Positions 1-13,324 of a stretch of DNA of 64,000 nucleotides are shown here, piece after piece. Every line of letters starts with the position of its first letter. Positions within the stretch are counted from its first letter, which is position 1. This DNA comes from the human T2T-CHM13v2.0 reference genome, Homo sapiens: NCBI RefSeq assembly GCF_009914755.1, contig NC_060934.1; one strand, written 5' to 3'. The notes under the pieces were generated by a model. It saw only the letters and a program-made list of their open reading frames with translations, was not told where the DNA came from and did no database searches. The translations under genes were made by a program, and so were the position numbers.

Positions 1-246
1 GCAGTGGTGTGATCTTGGCTTATTCCAACCTCTGCTTCCCGGGTTCAAGTGATTCTCCTGCCTCAGCCTCCCAAGTAGCTGGAATTACAGGTATGTGCCA
101 CCACGCCAGGCTAATTTTTTATTTTTAGTAGAGACAGGGTTTCGCCTTGTTGGTCAGGCTGTCCTTGAACTCCTGACCTCGGGTGATCCACCCACCTTGG
201 CTTCCCAAAGTGTTGGGATTACAGGCGTGAGCCACTGCACCCAGCC
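1..246 (-). mobile_element. AluS element, truncated by the window start
   Basis: Reverse-complement Alu consensus (gattctcctgcctcagcctcc...gtgagccactgcacccagcc). Confidence 0.95.
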
Positions 247-261
247 AGGTGGCTGATTTTA

Positions 262-545
262 AAATCTGCATTTCCAGAACTCCCTCTCCTCTGAGCTCCA
301 GTTCTGTATTCCTGATTGTACATTGGAGATCTTGACCCAAAAGGCCCACAGCCTTCTAAAGTCCCACATGTTTCAAAGGAAAGCCATCGCTCTCCTGCCC
401 CCTTCCACCTCCCTCTCAATCCTTGTTTTTCTTAACTGTACCTCTGTTCTCCATCCACCCAGGCTGCCCAACATCTGACTGCTCCTTCTTCCTTAGTCTC
501 TACATCAAATCCACCAAGTCCTTCCATTCTGCCTTCTCAATAGCT
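262..545 (+). mobile_element. L2 fragment, resuming at ~1745-1795 after the L1/THE1 insertion
   Basis: ctctcctctgagctccagttctgtattcc and downstream sequence resemble the L2 3' region. ccatcacagctgctcctcccttggtccaa near 1760 continues it. Confidence 0.55.
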
Positions 546-955
546 TTTTGTTTTGCTTTTTAATCTTATCAAAATTGAATTGTTAAAATTTTTTTTTTGC
601 TTTATTTCAATAGCTTTAGGAGTAAAGGTGGTTTTTGATTACATGAACGCATTGTATGGTGGTGGAGTCTGGGCTTTCAGTGTACCCATCACCCGAACAG
701 TGAACATTGTACATAATAATTTTTCATCCCTTATCCCCCTCCCACACTTCCCCCTTCTGAGTCTCCAAAGCCCATTATATCTCTGTATGCCCCTGTGTAC
801 CCAAAGGTTAGCTCCCATGTGTAAGTGAGAGCATGTGGTATTTGGTTTTCCATTCCTGAGTTGCCTCACTTAGGATGATGGCCTCCAGATCCATCCAAGT
901 TTCTGCAAAAGACATTATTTTCCTCTTTTTTTTAAATGGCTGAGTAGTATTCCAT

Positions 956-956
<1 letters not shown>

Positions 957-1000
<44 letters not shown>
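957..1000 (+). repeat. (TG)n microsatellite, ~22 units
   Basis: Read directly. A further (TG)n lies at 1368-1381. Confidence 0.95.
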
Positions 1001-1003
<3 letters not shown>

Positions 1004-1005
<2 letters not shown>

Positions 1006-1367
1006 ATATGGTTTGGCTGTGTCCCCACTCAAATATCATCTTGAATTGTAGCTCCCATAATTCCCACGTGTCATGGGAAGGTCTCATTGGGAGGCAATTT
1101 AATCATGGGGGCGGGTCTTTCCCATGCTGTTCTCGTGGCTGTGAATAAGTCTCACAAGATCTGATGGCTTTATGAAGGGGGGTTCCCCTGCACATATCTT
1201 CTTGCCTGCCGCCATGCAAGATGTGACTTTGCTTCTCTTTTGCCTTCTGCCATGATTGTGAGGCCTCCCCAGCCATGTGGAACTGTGAGTCAATTAAACC
1301 TCTTTCCTCTATAAATTACCCAGTCTCAGGTATGTCTTTATTAGCAGCATGAGAGCTGACTAATACA
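1004..1367 (+). mobile_element. THE1B-like MaLR solo LTR
   Basis: tgatatggtttggctgtgtcccc...actaataca termini; TSD gtatg/gtgtg. Confidence 0.93.
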
Positions 1368-1859
1368 GTGTGTGTGTGTGTACACACCACATTTTCTTTG
1401 TGCACTCATCAGTTTATGGGCATTTAGGTGATTCCACATCTTTGCAATTGTGAATTGTGCTGCAATAGACATTTGCATGCAGGTGTCTTTTTAATATAAT
1501 GATTTATCTTTCTTTGAGTAGATGTCCAGTAACGGGATTGCTGGATTGAATGGTAGATATACTTTTTGCTCTTTGAGAAATCTCCAGACCGTTTTCCACA
1601 GAGGTTGTACTAATTTACATTCCCACTAACATTGTATTCGCTTTCCCTTTTCATCAAATCTGTGCCAACATCTATTATTTTTTGACTTTTAAATAATGGC
1701 CATTGTGATGGGGGTAAGGTGGCATCTTACCACAGGGGCTTTTGAATGGGACTCCTCCTCCCCATCACAGCTGCTCCTCCCTTGGTCCAAAACTCAGAGG
1801 CAACAGTCTGTCTTTCTATCAATATGCTTTTAAAATACATACATACATACATAAATATT

Positions 1860-1985
1860 TTTGTAGACTGGGATCATACTCCTCCTGTTATTCTATAAAT
1901 TGATTTTTTTCCCACTTAACAATATATTGTGGAAATCTTTTAAAGTCACTTCTTATTCATCCACAATAGTTTTCAAATATTATGA
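1860..1985 (-). mobile_element. Old L1M fragment
   Basis: tgggatcatact...ccacttaacaatatattgtggaaatcttt resembles an antisense L1ME 3' region. Confidence 0.45.
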
Positions 1986-2364
1986 CAGTTGAGGACTTTG
2001 GGTTTTGCCTTCTGTTGTTCAGATAGAGTTCTCATGGTCTCTTTCTCCTTTTCAGTTCCTGGTGACCTGAATTCCCATGGAGGAAAGAGGAAAAGGACAT
2101 TATGCAAGGAGATGGCATCTCGTGTCCCTGGTGAACCAAATTCCATTAGGAAGACGGTGCAGTGTGAGGTGGACCTGGACCTGGATAAAATGGGTGTTTA
2201 ACAAGTATTTGTTGAGTAGGTGGTGGAGGAGGCACGACTAGATGCAGGGTCTAGCTGAGTTGACAAGAGCTAACACCAGGTGTGGACCAGGACAGGGGGA
2301 CCTTAAGCGAAGACACCCTGCCAGATGTGTCTTGTTCCCTTGACTGTGGGGAGGCCCTTGGTGG

Positions 2365-2463
2365 TGGGGTGACGGTCCCCCAGTCTGAGGATTTTCCCTG
2401 GATGTAGCCTCTCAGTGCTAAAATGGGACAGTCCCAGGCAAACCAGGTCAGTTGGTCACTCTA
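2365..2463 (-). mobile_element. MER81-like hAT-Blackjack MITE
   Basis: Terminal inverted repeats (TIRs) tggggtgac...gttggtcactcta; internal cagtgctaaaatgggacagtcccaggcaaacc. Confidence 0.75.
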
Positions 2464-2489
2464 CTCAGTGAGCCCCGTGCTGTGTTCAA

Positions 2490-2672
2490 ATTTTCCTCTT
2501 AACAGATGTGGATGGATTTCGGAAACTTAGAAACCACCATTTCTCTGTGCCTGGGAGGAGAGTTAAATCTTCTCACCAGAATCCTTTTATGTGTGAGAGA
2601 AATAAATATCTATCCTTTTTATATCTCTTTTGTTTTGGATTCTTTGTCACCAGCAGCCAAACCCAATTCTTA
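2490..2672 (+). mobile_element. MLT1 (J/K-like) LTR 3' fragment
   Basis: atgtgtgagagaaataaa...tttgtcaccagcagccaaacccaattct is typical of an MLT1 3' end. Confidence 0.55.
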
Positions 2673-3780
2673 CATAAACGTGATACTAATTAAATTCATT
2701 TGCATAAACTCACCAGTTTTATCCTTAATTACTGTGATATACACTCATGAAGTATGTACCCTAAAATACCACTGTAAGTTTTATTTGATTACAGCATTAA
2801 ACTTAATTTACAGAAATGCTTGGCTTCTTTCAATAGCTTGTTGATTACATAGTATGATCATCTTCTGATAACTTAAAAGAAAAAAAATGGAAGGACCCGT
2901 ATTCCTTCCAGCTTGTGAATGGAGGCCCAGGGCACCAGACCCTGCTATTGAATTTGAATAAATGGGATCTCTTTTGAACAGAATCTGAGAGATGGCATTA
3001 ACATATACCTCATGGCCAAAGTGCATTACATTTAGCCTTTACTGCAGACAGTTGTTTTTGGAGACACACTATGACCTTTGGTATATCTGCATCTGTGAAA
3101 CAATAAAGCATTCTTTAAATGAAGATTTTGCTGTATTACAAATGACTGGAGAGGGTTTTAAACATTATTATTCTAGTGCTGGTCTGCTTCCCTTCTTTCT
3201 CTTAAATAATCTGCTTTAAGCGTTCAAAGGGTCTACTCATCTCAGGACATGACTATAGCTAATTTGCTGAGAGCCTCTGAACATACCCCAAGCCTGCTTA
3301 GGACATCTGCAGGGAAGTTAAATCATTTTAAGTGGAGGAATTAGGCTAATGTTTTCTGCTAGGAAGAAACCTTGAATCTGGTATTCTGAACAAGACTTCA
3401 AATGGTGGAAACAAATTACGCTGTAGATATACAAAAGAAAAATAAATCCATCTTATTTTACTGGGAGCTTGACACTTTTATTTAGAGAATTTATATTTCT
3501 GAATGCTCCCTTCATACCTTATGGATGCATTTCAAATGTGGCTGTTAGGTTGATGATCTACTTCTTAAAAACAGATCAGGGAGAAAGAGGAGATTGGGGC
3601 CACTTTAGAATAAGAAAGAAAGAAAAGAGAAGATTTATTTAACAATGAGATGAATCTGAGCAAAATGAATCTTTTTCTTGCAAAAGCAGGCAAATTCTGA
3701 TAGGCTTGAGAGATTCTGAATGAAAAAAATGTTCTTTTGCAAATGACTTTTGCACTGCCACTATCTCCCCAAGACTTTGT

Positions 3781-4050
<270 letters not shown>

Positions 4051-4744
4051 TAAGTGGGAATTCTATGTAATGGACCATGATCCACTATACATCAGTTACA
4101 GATGTGCGCATTGTTGTGTGTGTTTTCATAAGCTTTCCAATGTGGACGTTCAACACTGAATGCTACTCGCTGCGCACGTAGGATAAACTGGTGAGCTGAG
4201 GTTATTTGCTGGAGACAGCCTGGGGAATTAACAGCCGAGGGGATAAAAGGTAGCTGCAGGGTAGATTCTGATTGGCTTTTAAATGATTGCTATAGGGCAG
4301 TTGGTGGTGCTGAGAGAGGCGAGAGAGGTGTAGTTTGTGAACTAAGCAGGCAGAGTTGCCGATCCTTATTCACTCCTGGGCCCTAATGAAAGCCAAGTTA
4401 TCTACACCATGACCAACTCAGTGCAAACTATTTCCTCAGTGCTGGGGGTCTGTAAGGGAGAGCCCATCTCTTGGTGCAGACTTTTCTGGGAGGAGTTAAG
4501 ACAATAAGCAGATGTCTGAATAAAAATGAAGCCCACGCCCTCCCCCCGTCTCACTGCTCTTGTTTTTCTCTGCTATTAGCCATATTTTGAATCTCAGCCT
4601 CTCACCATGGGATACCATAAGCTAAGAGATCTAGTGAAATATTCTGAAAGTGCATGTTCTAGAAACCGCACGTTCTTTCCTTTCTTCAAAGGCATCTGGC
4701 AATTGGCTTCTTCACATTGTTGAACCACTATCAGAAGGGGTGAG

Positions 4745-5048
4745 GGCTAGGCATGGTGGCTCATACTTGTAAACCCAGCCCTTTGGGAAGCCGAAGCTGG
4801 AGGATCACTTGAGGCCAGGAGCTTGAGATCAGCTGGGGCAACAGACTAAGACCCCAACTCTGCCAAAAATTAAAATATTAGCCAGGTATGGTAGTGCACA
4901 CCTGTAGTCCCAGCTATTCAGGAAGCTGAGGCAGGAGGATCACTTGAGCCCAAGGAGTTCAAGGCTGCAGTGAGCCATGATTGTGCCACCATACTCCAGC
5001 CCAGGTGACAGTGCAAGGCCCTGTCTCAAAAAGTAAAAATTTAAAAAA
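4745..5048 (+). mobile_element. AluJ
   Basis: ggaggatcacttgaggccaggag and ttgagcccaaggagttcaaggctgcagtgag are J diagnostics. Confidence 0.93.
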
Positions 5049-6534
5049 GGGTTGGGCAAGGAACCACACAGTTGCTCCTGGCTTTTCTAGGCTGTAGGGT
5101 CTGATTGTCCTTCTGAACGTATGCATGGCTAGGCCAGCCCATGAATCAGACTCCAGTCCCGCTGTGTCAGATTCTGGGACTGCTTAGAATCTCTGTAAGC
5201 TCATCTATAAAATAATGATTCAGAAAAATTGTGAACCACTAGCTGATTCCCTTGTCATTGTGAATAAGCATCATATTTTCCCTCCGTGCCAGGTAGCATT
5301 ATTCTTCCTCTTAACATCTTGCTGGAGAAGAATGGTGCCTGGGAGTTTTCAATCTTGCTCTCTTGGAGGGCATCCCAGTGTGACAATGAGCTCATTCTTG
5401 CAAGGATATGGTCTATATTGGCATTTGTTTCCTGATAGTGATGCATCAGGAATACCTGTAACACTGTGGTACTCCTTCCAGCTGGATTTCTCCACTGGGC
5501 TAATTCAGAATGCAGCATTTCATCTTGAGAGAAAATCCAACATTTCTTTTGTCCTTTACTTAGCCTCCCAAAGATGACTGCAGCCAAGCAGGTGTCTACG
5601 ACCAGAGCTTATTTCACACCCATATTTATCCTAAGAATATGAAATGTGCAATAGCCCCCATCCTCCCTCAAAAAGATCTATCAGCAAAAATAAAGCTCAT
5701 GTTACCCTTAGAAAGATCTTCAATTGTTTTGCAAGTGGTTTCTCATTTCTTGAGACATTGAGAAAGTTTGACCTAAAAAGGTTGCTTTTTAATATATTTT
5801 ATTGAAAAGAGAGAAGGTGATGCTCTTGTCACTAAGCAACTTGAATAGGGAAGAGCGCCCATGGTTGTTTGTTGTATAAACGGGGCAATAATGAAGATAA
5901 CGAATTCCTGACCTTTTTCTATTTCTTTATAAACCAGCTCGAAATGCCATTTCAGTGTCTGAACACATTAATATAATGGGAGAGACACTGTTCACACCCT
6001 GAACCTTGACCTTTGCAAGCAGAGGGGAGAATGCTGGTATACTAGTTTTTTTATGAGAAAGGCCAGCCTAATTTTTATCATTAGGTTGGAGGCATGAAGT
6101 ACATGTCATCACTACTTCAGATATTTATTCTGGGATTTTGTTCCTTGGCTCCATTTCAAAGGCTACTTGACCAACTACTTTGTGCCTGTAATTCAAAATG
6201 TTATCTGGGGCTGTTTTTCAGTAGAGGGAGGCACTTAGAGTCAGAGAGATACATGGATCTGTTTTCCTACTGAACAGATGAAGAAATAGAGTGTTCAGTG
6301 GGTTTGCCTAATGTCACCACACTGAAACAGGCTCCAGGGCTGTCACTAGAATTTACTCAGGTTAATATGCAAAACTTAGAGAGCCTAAACAATGAATTTC
6401 CCATAGTGAAGTTTCTTTTCTGAAAAGGGTAGTAAACTTGGACATAAGAAGAAAAAAAAAGACTTACATCTAATATTCATACTTACATGGCCCTTAGAGA
6501 CAAGACTTCTCTCCTTTCTCACAATACAAAGTCA

Positions 6535-7045
6535 TTTTCATTCACTCATTCATTAAGGCAGTCATTTATTCACCCAGTAGACATTTATTGAGCACATATT
6601 ACATGCTAGGTATTGAGTTGGGAGCTGAGAATTCCAAGATTCTGAATAGGCCAGTCTCTGCTTCAGAGAGCTCCAAACCCGATGAGGGAGAGAAGATCAT
6701 TTCAAGCTGATAAGCAACACTAAATCAGTGTGCAGCCATGTACCCTATAAATATATACACCTACTATGTACCCACCCCCCAGGAAATTAAAAATAAAATA
6801 CAAAATAAAAAAAGGAGTTAAGGTTTTAAAAAAAATGTGTCTCGAATGCCAGTCAAGGATGGGATGAGGATTCAGGAATGCCTTCTGGAAGAGGTGGCTG
6901 GAGTTGTGTCCTAGAAGCAGGAGTTATCTATGTGGATTTTGAAGGAATAGGAGAGGAAAAGGCATTCCAGGCTGGCAGTGTAATGGATACAAAGGCTGCC
7001 AAGTAGGAAGCAGTGTGCTGTGTGAATACGTAGCCCGGTGCAGGT
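6535..7045 (-). mobile_element. L2 3' end, interrupted by a short L1 fragment
   Basis: ttcattcactcattcatt...catttattgagcac (antisense L2 tail); resumes at ~6850 with ggcattccaggc. Confidence 0.7.
6732..6813 (+). mobile_element. Extremely 5'-truncated L1MA 3' tip
   Basis: atgtaccctataaatatatacacctactatgtaccc...aaattaaaaataaaa. Confidence 0.75.
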
Positions 7046-7149
7046 GCGATAGAGAGGCAGAATAGGGTAGTTGTTGAAAGCCTTCTCTGCATGACCTGAT
7101 ACAGAGACCTTGACCAAAGAAAGTTCCACCTCTATATCTTAATGATTGC

Positions 7150-7344
7150 CAAGGGAGGAAAAGAGATTGCGTAGAATTGTACACTGGCTTTTAAATCTTC
7201 CATTTGGGGGTGACATATTGTTTGCCTCTCATTTCATTGACTAAAGTAAGTCACACCATCATGCCTAACTTCCAAGGGGACAGGAAAGTGTAATCCTGTT
7301 ATTTGCCCAGAAGGAGGAAAAATGGAATCACTGTGATTACCACA
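7150..7344 (-). mobile_element. MLT1K/L-like LTR fragment
   Basis: catttcattgactaaagtaagtcac...gcctaacttccaaggg...ttaccaca. Confidence 0.65.
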
Positions 7345-8985
7345 GCAAAGGAACTATTAGTTAGATATTATCAGAAAAATGTAAAATTGAAACTATTCTA
7401 TTTGATGGGTATTATTCCTTTTTAAAATCTGGTTCATAGATGACGTCCTCGCCAAAAAGTATCCTCATTTTTTTCCTTGGGTCATATTTCCAAGTCATTG
7501 ACTTTGGAAGGCACAGGAGGAAGCAGTCCTTCTCAGAATGAAACATTCTTTTGTTGTGATTGGTTTCCTGAAGTGGTCACCTGGTTCCACTTATTTAAAA
7601 ATCTATCTGTGTTCATACTGTTTTACCAGAACTTTGGGAGCGTGGTGTCCCATTTTTGGTGATCTACAAAAAGATAACAATGAAACTCTCAGCTCATCCG
7701 CAATGGAAGATGGGTGTAATTGACTGCTATGCTCTTGCCTCTTGCTAGGTGGTGTTTACTATTAATTACTCAGTGTTTGTTTGGGGTATTGAACAGTATT
7801 GATCAACTCAGCTAATCAATGTATGCCAAGTCCATGAATTTCACAGGATATTCTAAAGTTCACCTCCTAGAACAAGGGAGCCTGAAGTTGGAGCCTGAAG
7901 GTTTGCATTATACTGTAGTGGTCTCCTAAAAAGATCGCTTCTTCTGAAGGGTGTTTTGGTGCAAAGGAGGGTACTAGAAGAAGTAGGCTGCTGTAAGACA
8001 TGGTCCTATGTAAATTGTTATGAGTCTGTTATAAGAACGTTGTCCTACTTAGAAGGAACCCTCCCACTTCCTGAAGAGAAAGCCGCACTTCTCCTAAGCA
8101 GTGGTTTGTTTTTCATGTCATGGACACTTTTATCATTAGCTGCTGGGAAACATAAACCTACATTGTAGCTCAGGAGTTTTAAGTGAAGAATTCATTATGA
8201 AATGCACACTGTCATCAGCACTCTCCATTTGTGTCCATTTGTGTTACTCTCTGTGTTTTCTTTCTTCTATTCTCCCCACTTTTAATGTCTGTTACCCTGT
8301 ATTTTACATTTAAAAAATTCTTTCTGAAATAAGGTGGAAAATTAACATGTAATAGAAGGGGAAAATTGAAAGTTTCTTATAATTGACCTTTTCTGTTCTG
8401 TACCCTCCATTCCTGATTGGAAAAAAAAAAAAAAGTGCAACTCATTTAAAGGTAACCCAGCCTCTTGTAGTAAAAATAATCTTTATAAAATAAATATTTC
8501 CTGTTTCAAAGTACAGATTTACTCAGAGGGGTATTTCCTCATCTTGAGTTGTCTTTCTCTTCCATCTTTCTTCAAATGGCATTTAGGAGTGGGGAGAAGG
8601 TCTGAAGGGAAGGAGAAGTAGATTGTTACTTTAGTAACAGTGTGCATGTCTATATGTGTGTGGTGGGGAGGGTAGTACGTAGAAAATGAGTTTAAATAAG
8701 GATGTATTGAGTTGGAACTGCCTGTGAATAATCTGGGAGGCAGGTAGTTGGCTGTCTGTGTTTAATGTTTAACAAATTCTAATGAGACATTGTTACTTTA
8801 ACTTGTGAGTCAATATGATTTTTGAGAGTTTGAGCAGTGGAGGAAAGAGGAAGCCATCTTTGTAGTACCACAGTTCATCTTGAGGAGGCCTAGAGTCACT
8901 CTATTCTACCTCCCACCTACTCAGCCCTCATTTGTAGGTCACTGATTTATATCTCAAAACTTTAGTATAAACATGTCTGTGAAAG

Positions 8986-9287
8986 TTTTTTTGTTTGTTT
9001 GTTTGAGACAGAGTCTCACTCTGTCACCCAGGCTGGAGTTCAGTGGTGCCATCATAGCTCACTGCAGTCTTGGACTTCTGGGTTCAAGTAATCCTCCTGC
9101 CTCAGCCTCCTGAGTAGTTAGGACTACAGGTGTTTAACACTGGGCTTGGCTAATTTTTTTTTCTATTTTTAGAGATGGGATCTTGCTGTGTTGCCCAGGC
9201 TGGTCTCAAACTCCTGGCCTCAAGCAATTCTTCCACCTTGGCCTCCCAAAATACTGGGATTACAAGTGTGAGCCACTGCATCTGGCC
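8986..9287 (-). mobile_element. AluJ
   Basis: Full-length antisense Alu with the catcatagctcactgcag J motif. Confidence 0.93.
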
Positions 9288-10456
9288 TATGAGAGATGTT
9301 TTAAAAATTAAAAATACACATATTAACCAGTGAGCACAGCAAAGCACTCATTTCCCGAGAAAACTCACCTAAGTGGACAATGACATTTGGTGTAGACAGG
9401 TGGGGTTGGGGGTAGGATGTGAGTGTCAGGGCAAGTCTAGACATAGGCTTTGTTGGTGAGGGGCTAAGCAGTGGCTCCTCCAAATTATTTGGTTGAGAAG
9501 GGGCAATTTGAGAAAAGGAGAGATGGAAAAGGGAAAGGCAAGAGTTGCCCATTTTGTTGGGGTCCCAAAGATGGTGACTGATTGTAAGGTTGCCTTTTAA
9601 GTGGAATAGGAAGGCAAGAAGATGTGCACCCCCTGAGACAGACTAGGGAACCTTCTACCTGAGAGACATGTTACTATGTGAATGCCAACTATCGGATGCA
9701 TCTACGCTCCATCATTTTCTTGAAGGAACGATGTCTGCTTTCACTTTTAGCTCCAGTTTCAGCTAGGCTCAGGAGTGACATTGATGCCAGGAGCTCCATA
9801 GAAGCAGGACTGAATGCCTCTGGTCTTTCGGCAAGTTGTTTCCATCACGTCCTAGCAAGTAGCGTGTCTGGAGCCATCACATGGCATGACATTCTGTAAG
9901 GGGCTTGCTCATTATTTACTGAGCATGTCAAAGTGTTGGCTGCCTTCAGGGCTCTCAAGGGAGCACATATTTGCCAGAGCACCTCGATGAGAAATACAAG
10001 CAAGTTGTAAATTTGCTACTCATTTTAAAGGCTGTCACTGAGAATGCATATTCTGTTAGCTCCCTTTCCTGCTGAGGCTTCTGGGTGCAGAGAAATAAAT
10101 ATAATAAGTATTATGTGTATTGAGAAACAAATATAATATCAGGATATTTTAGCCAGGGTGACTGCTATGAACTGGGCATCACAACTAAAGTATAAATAAG
10201 ATCTCGTTTCTTTTGTGTTTTTCAACGAATGACATAATTGCTCATGTGCTTTATGAATAGGAAGACTAGTACCTTCCTCTTGAGTTTTACCCTCCAGAGG
10301 CTAAATTGTGCAAAATCTCTGGGGAGGTTTGGACAGACCGCCTTGAAATCTCATTGCCACAGAGACTTGCCGTTGAAAGCCTGTCTTCTGCAGGCTGACA
10401 GGTGATGCTTGTCCATCCTGCAATGATGTCTTAGTGGCCCAGATCTCTACAGAGGT

Positions 10457-10831
10457 TGATATGGTTTGGCTGTGTCCTCACTGAAATCTCATCTTGAATT
10501 GTAGTTACCATAATCCCCATGTGTTGTGGGAGTGACCAAGTGGGAGGTCATTTAATCATGAGGGCAGTTACCCTCATGCTGTTCTCATGATAGTAAATGA
10601 GTTCTCAAGAGATCTGATTATTTATAAGGGGATTTTTCCACTTTTGCTCATTCTTCTTCTCCCTGCCACCATGTGAAGAAGGACATGTTTGCTTCCCTTT
10701 CCACCATGATTGTAAGTTTCCTGAGGCCTCCCCACAGTTCAGCTAACTGTGAGTCAATTAAATCTCTTTCCTTTATGAATTACCCAGTCTCAGGTATGTC
10801 TTCATTAGCAGCATAAGAACGGACTAATACA
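10457..10831 (+). mobile_element. THE1C-like MaLR solo LTR
   Basis: tgatatggtttggc...ggactaataca termini; internal gaagaaggacatgtttgcttccc; TSD gaggt/gaggg. Confidence 0.93.
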
Positions 10832-11149
10832 GAGGGGGCCCTGGACCTTCCAGCACCATGACCCCATTTTTCTCAAAGCTGCAGCAAGCCTCCCTGAACT
10901 TGGGCTCCCCAGATTGTAATTCTTTCTGTTTGGTTCATTTAGCAGCCAACACACTGGGTGCCCGCTGCTGCAGAAGCACAGGTCATTCCTGAGCTGAACA
11001 TCTGCCCTTTGCTCCCCTGGACCCATAGTTCTCTTTACCTTTACCAGCTAGTCACCCTTGGGACCTTCACTAAGCAGAGGTTCAAGGGTCTACGGATGCA
11101 ACAGTGCCTGAGACAGACATGGGCACTGCTTCTCGGGGCAACTTAGTGA

Positions 11150-11615
11150 GTAGATGGGATACTCACTAGGATACAGAGGTGGAGAGTGAGAAGAGAAATG
11201 AGCCTACGGCAGAGTAATGTCAGAATCAACATTGAAGGAATGGGAAGAGGAAGAGGAACCTTCAAATAAGATTGAAATGGAGAGTAGGGGAATTTTTAAG
11301 AGGTCAAAGGAGGTAGGAGAAAAATGTAGAGAATACAGTCTATCTAAAGAAAATATTATGCTTTAAAAAAGAGAGGTGGCCAACATTGATCAACACTGCG
11401 GAGGGCTTAAAATAAAGTCAAAGACCCAGAGCACTTAGCAATTAGGGGGTCATTGGTGGAAACAGGTGAGAATGGTGTTCAGGGAGTAGTGAAAGTGGCA
11501 GCTACTTGAGGACCAAATGGGAAGTGAGGAAGCAGACAGTAAGTTTTGACAGTTCCTTAGGTTTTCTGTGGAAGGGAGGCTAGGAGATAGGATGGTAGAT
11601 GAAAAAGGATACAGT
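11150..11615 (-). mobile_element. L2 internal fragment
   Basis: Purine-rich antisense L2-like sequence (gaagaggaagaggaacc..., ttagcaattagggggtcattggtg). Confidence 0.55.
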
Positions 11616-11649
11616 GGTTTTTGTTTTGGTTTAATTTTTTTGGGGGGAG

Positions 11650-11773
11650 GATTTTGTAGGGATCGGGTCTCACTGTGTTGTCCAGGCAGGTCTTGAACTC
11701 CTGGCCTCAAGTGATCCTCCTACCTCAACCTTCCAAAGTGCTGTGATAACAGGTGTGAGCCACTGTGCCCGAC
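11650..11773 (-). mobile_element. FLAM_C / Alu left monomer
   Basis: Single antisense left-arm monomer. Confidence 0.85.
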
Positions 11774-11952
11774 TAGTATGTTAGTTTTCAAAATGTTTTA
11801 TATTTATATTGTTCTTTATAGCCTACAGAACATTTTTGGAAGCATTATTTTAATACTTTATTACAACATTTAATAACTGCAACATTAATTCTCAAGATTA
11901 ATTCTTAATACTTCAACTTGGGAGAGAACAGAAGGATTAAAGAGCTGGCATT

Positions 11953-12408
11953 ACTATTCACAATAACAAAGACATGGAATGGATCTAGGTGCCCATCAAC
12001 AGTGGATTGGATAAAGAAAACGTGGTACATATGCACCATGGGATACTACAAAGCCATAAAACAGAATGAAATCATGTCCTTTGGGACAACATGGATACAG
12101 CTGGAGGCCATTATCCTAAGTGAATTAAAGCAGGAACAGAAAAAAAATACCACATATTCTCAGTCATAAGTGGGAGCTAAACATTGGATACTCATGGACA
12201 TAAAAATAGCAACAATAGACACTGGGGACTACTTGGTGGGGAGGGAGAAGGGAACAAGGGTTGACAAACTAACTATTGGATACTATGCTTAGTTCCTGGT
12301 TGACAGGATCAGTTGAACCCCAAACCTCAGCATCACACAATATACCCATGTAACAAACCTGCACATGTACCCTCTGAATCTAAAATAAAAGTTGAAATTA
12401 TATTTTAA
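11953..12408 (+). mobile_element. 5'-truncated L1 (L1PA16/L1PB-like) 3' end
   Basis: ORF 11918-12169 contains LFTITKTW...WIKKTWYI...IMSF..W..LEAIILSE. TSD aaagagctggcatt (11939-11952) / aaagagctagcatt (12409-12422). Confidence 0.92.
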
Positions 12409-12411
12409 AAA

Positions 12412-12618
12412 GAGCTAGCATTTATTTTGTACCTCACATGTGCCAGGCACCTTACACATTATTTTATTTAATATTCACAAAAACCATATGATGCTGGTAC
12501 TATCCCTGTTCTACAGACAAAGAAGCAGAGGCTTAGATCTTGACTGAAGTCATTTAGCTACAGAATGCCTGGGATTCAAACTCAAGTCTGCTGATGCCAT
12601 AGCCCTTACACTTTCCAC
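12412..12618 (-). mobile_element. MIR
   Basis: tgtgccaggcac...ctacagacaaagaagcagaggcttaga...gggattcaaactcaagtctg. Confidence 0.75.
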
Positions 12619-12824
12619 TGGGCAATATTTGCTTAGAAAGATATTGAAATAATCTTTTGCATCTTTGCAGCCACCCTCTGAGGTGGATAAGAACACTGAA
12701 AGGTTGATAATCTCATTCCCAGCAAAGGCCAAGGCAGGAGTAACTGAACTCTAGGCCCCTGTCTTCCAGTCTGCACTGCCCGTGACTCTGAACTGGAATA
12801 AATGGGGAACTCGTTGTGTTACTT

Positions 12825-13036
12825 GTTTTGATTCATCTTTTTTAAATGTTAAGTATGGCTCACATTTATTTCAATGTTTAATATTAGAAGTGTTTTGGGT
12901 CTTTTTGGAAGTTCGGTCATGTTTTTGTGATCAGAAATAGGCCATAGGTTCTTAACTCTTGTTTTATCAATTAGCCTATGGTCAAATCGGTTTCATTATT
13001 TGTCGTTTTGCTTAAAGTTGCAGTTTCCAAGAACCA
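12825..13036 (-). mobile_element. MER82-like TcMar-Tigger DNA transposon fragment
   Basis: caattagcctatggtcaaatcggtttcatt...gcttaaagttgcagtttccaagaacc matches the recalled MER82 terminus. Confidence 0.7.
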
Positions 13037-13324
13037 TGGAGATTTTGAGTCGTCCCACTTCCCCTTCCCAATGGGACGCCGTACAGAGCCTCACATCATC
13101 CTACCAGTGTTTACCTGACGTTGACCCACCAGAGAGTCTACGCATTCTCAGGTAAGGCGACATGAGCTTCACTTCAGGGAGCACAGTTAGTCCCTGGGAG
13201 AATCTGGCTTGTTATGTTTCTAGCATCTAGAGTCTTGCTGCGTCTCTGTGCTTGACAGGCACTCATATTCAAGCTTCCCTCATTTCTTACAAAACAGGTG
13301 AGTCAAGGGAAAAAACAAATGAGA

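Larger units (their letters stand above)
590..1732 (-). mobile_element. L1 (L1PB/L1MA-type) 3' end, interrupted by (TG)n and a THE1 LTR
   Basis: Antisense L1 3'UTR/ORF2 end. ORF 808-1032 contains IMSFAETWMDLEAIILSE...KYHMLSL, the L1 ORF2 C-terminus. Confidence 0.9.
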
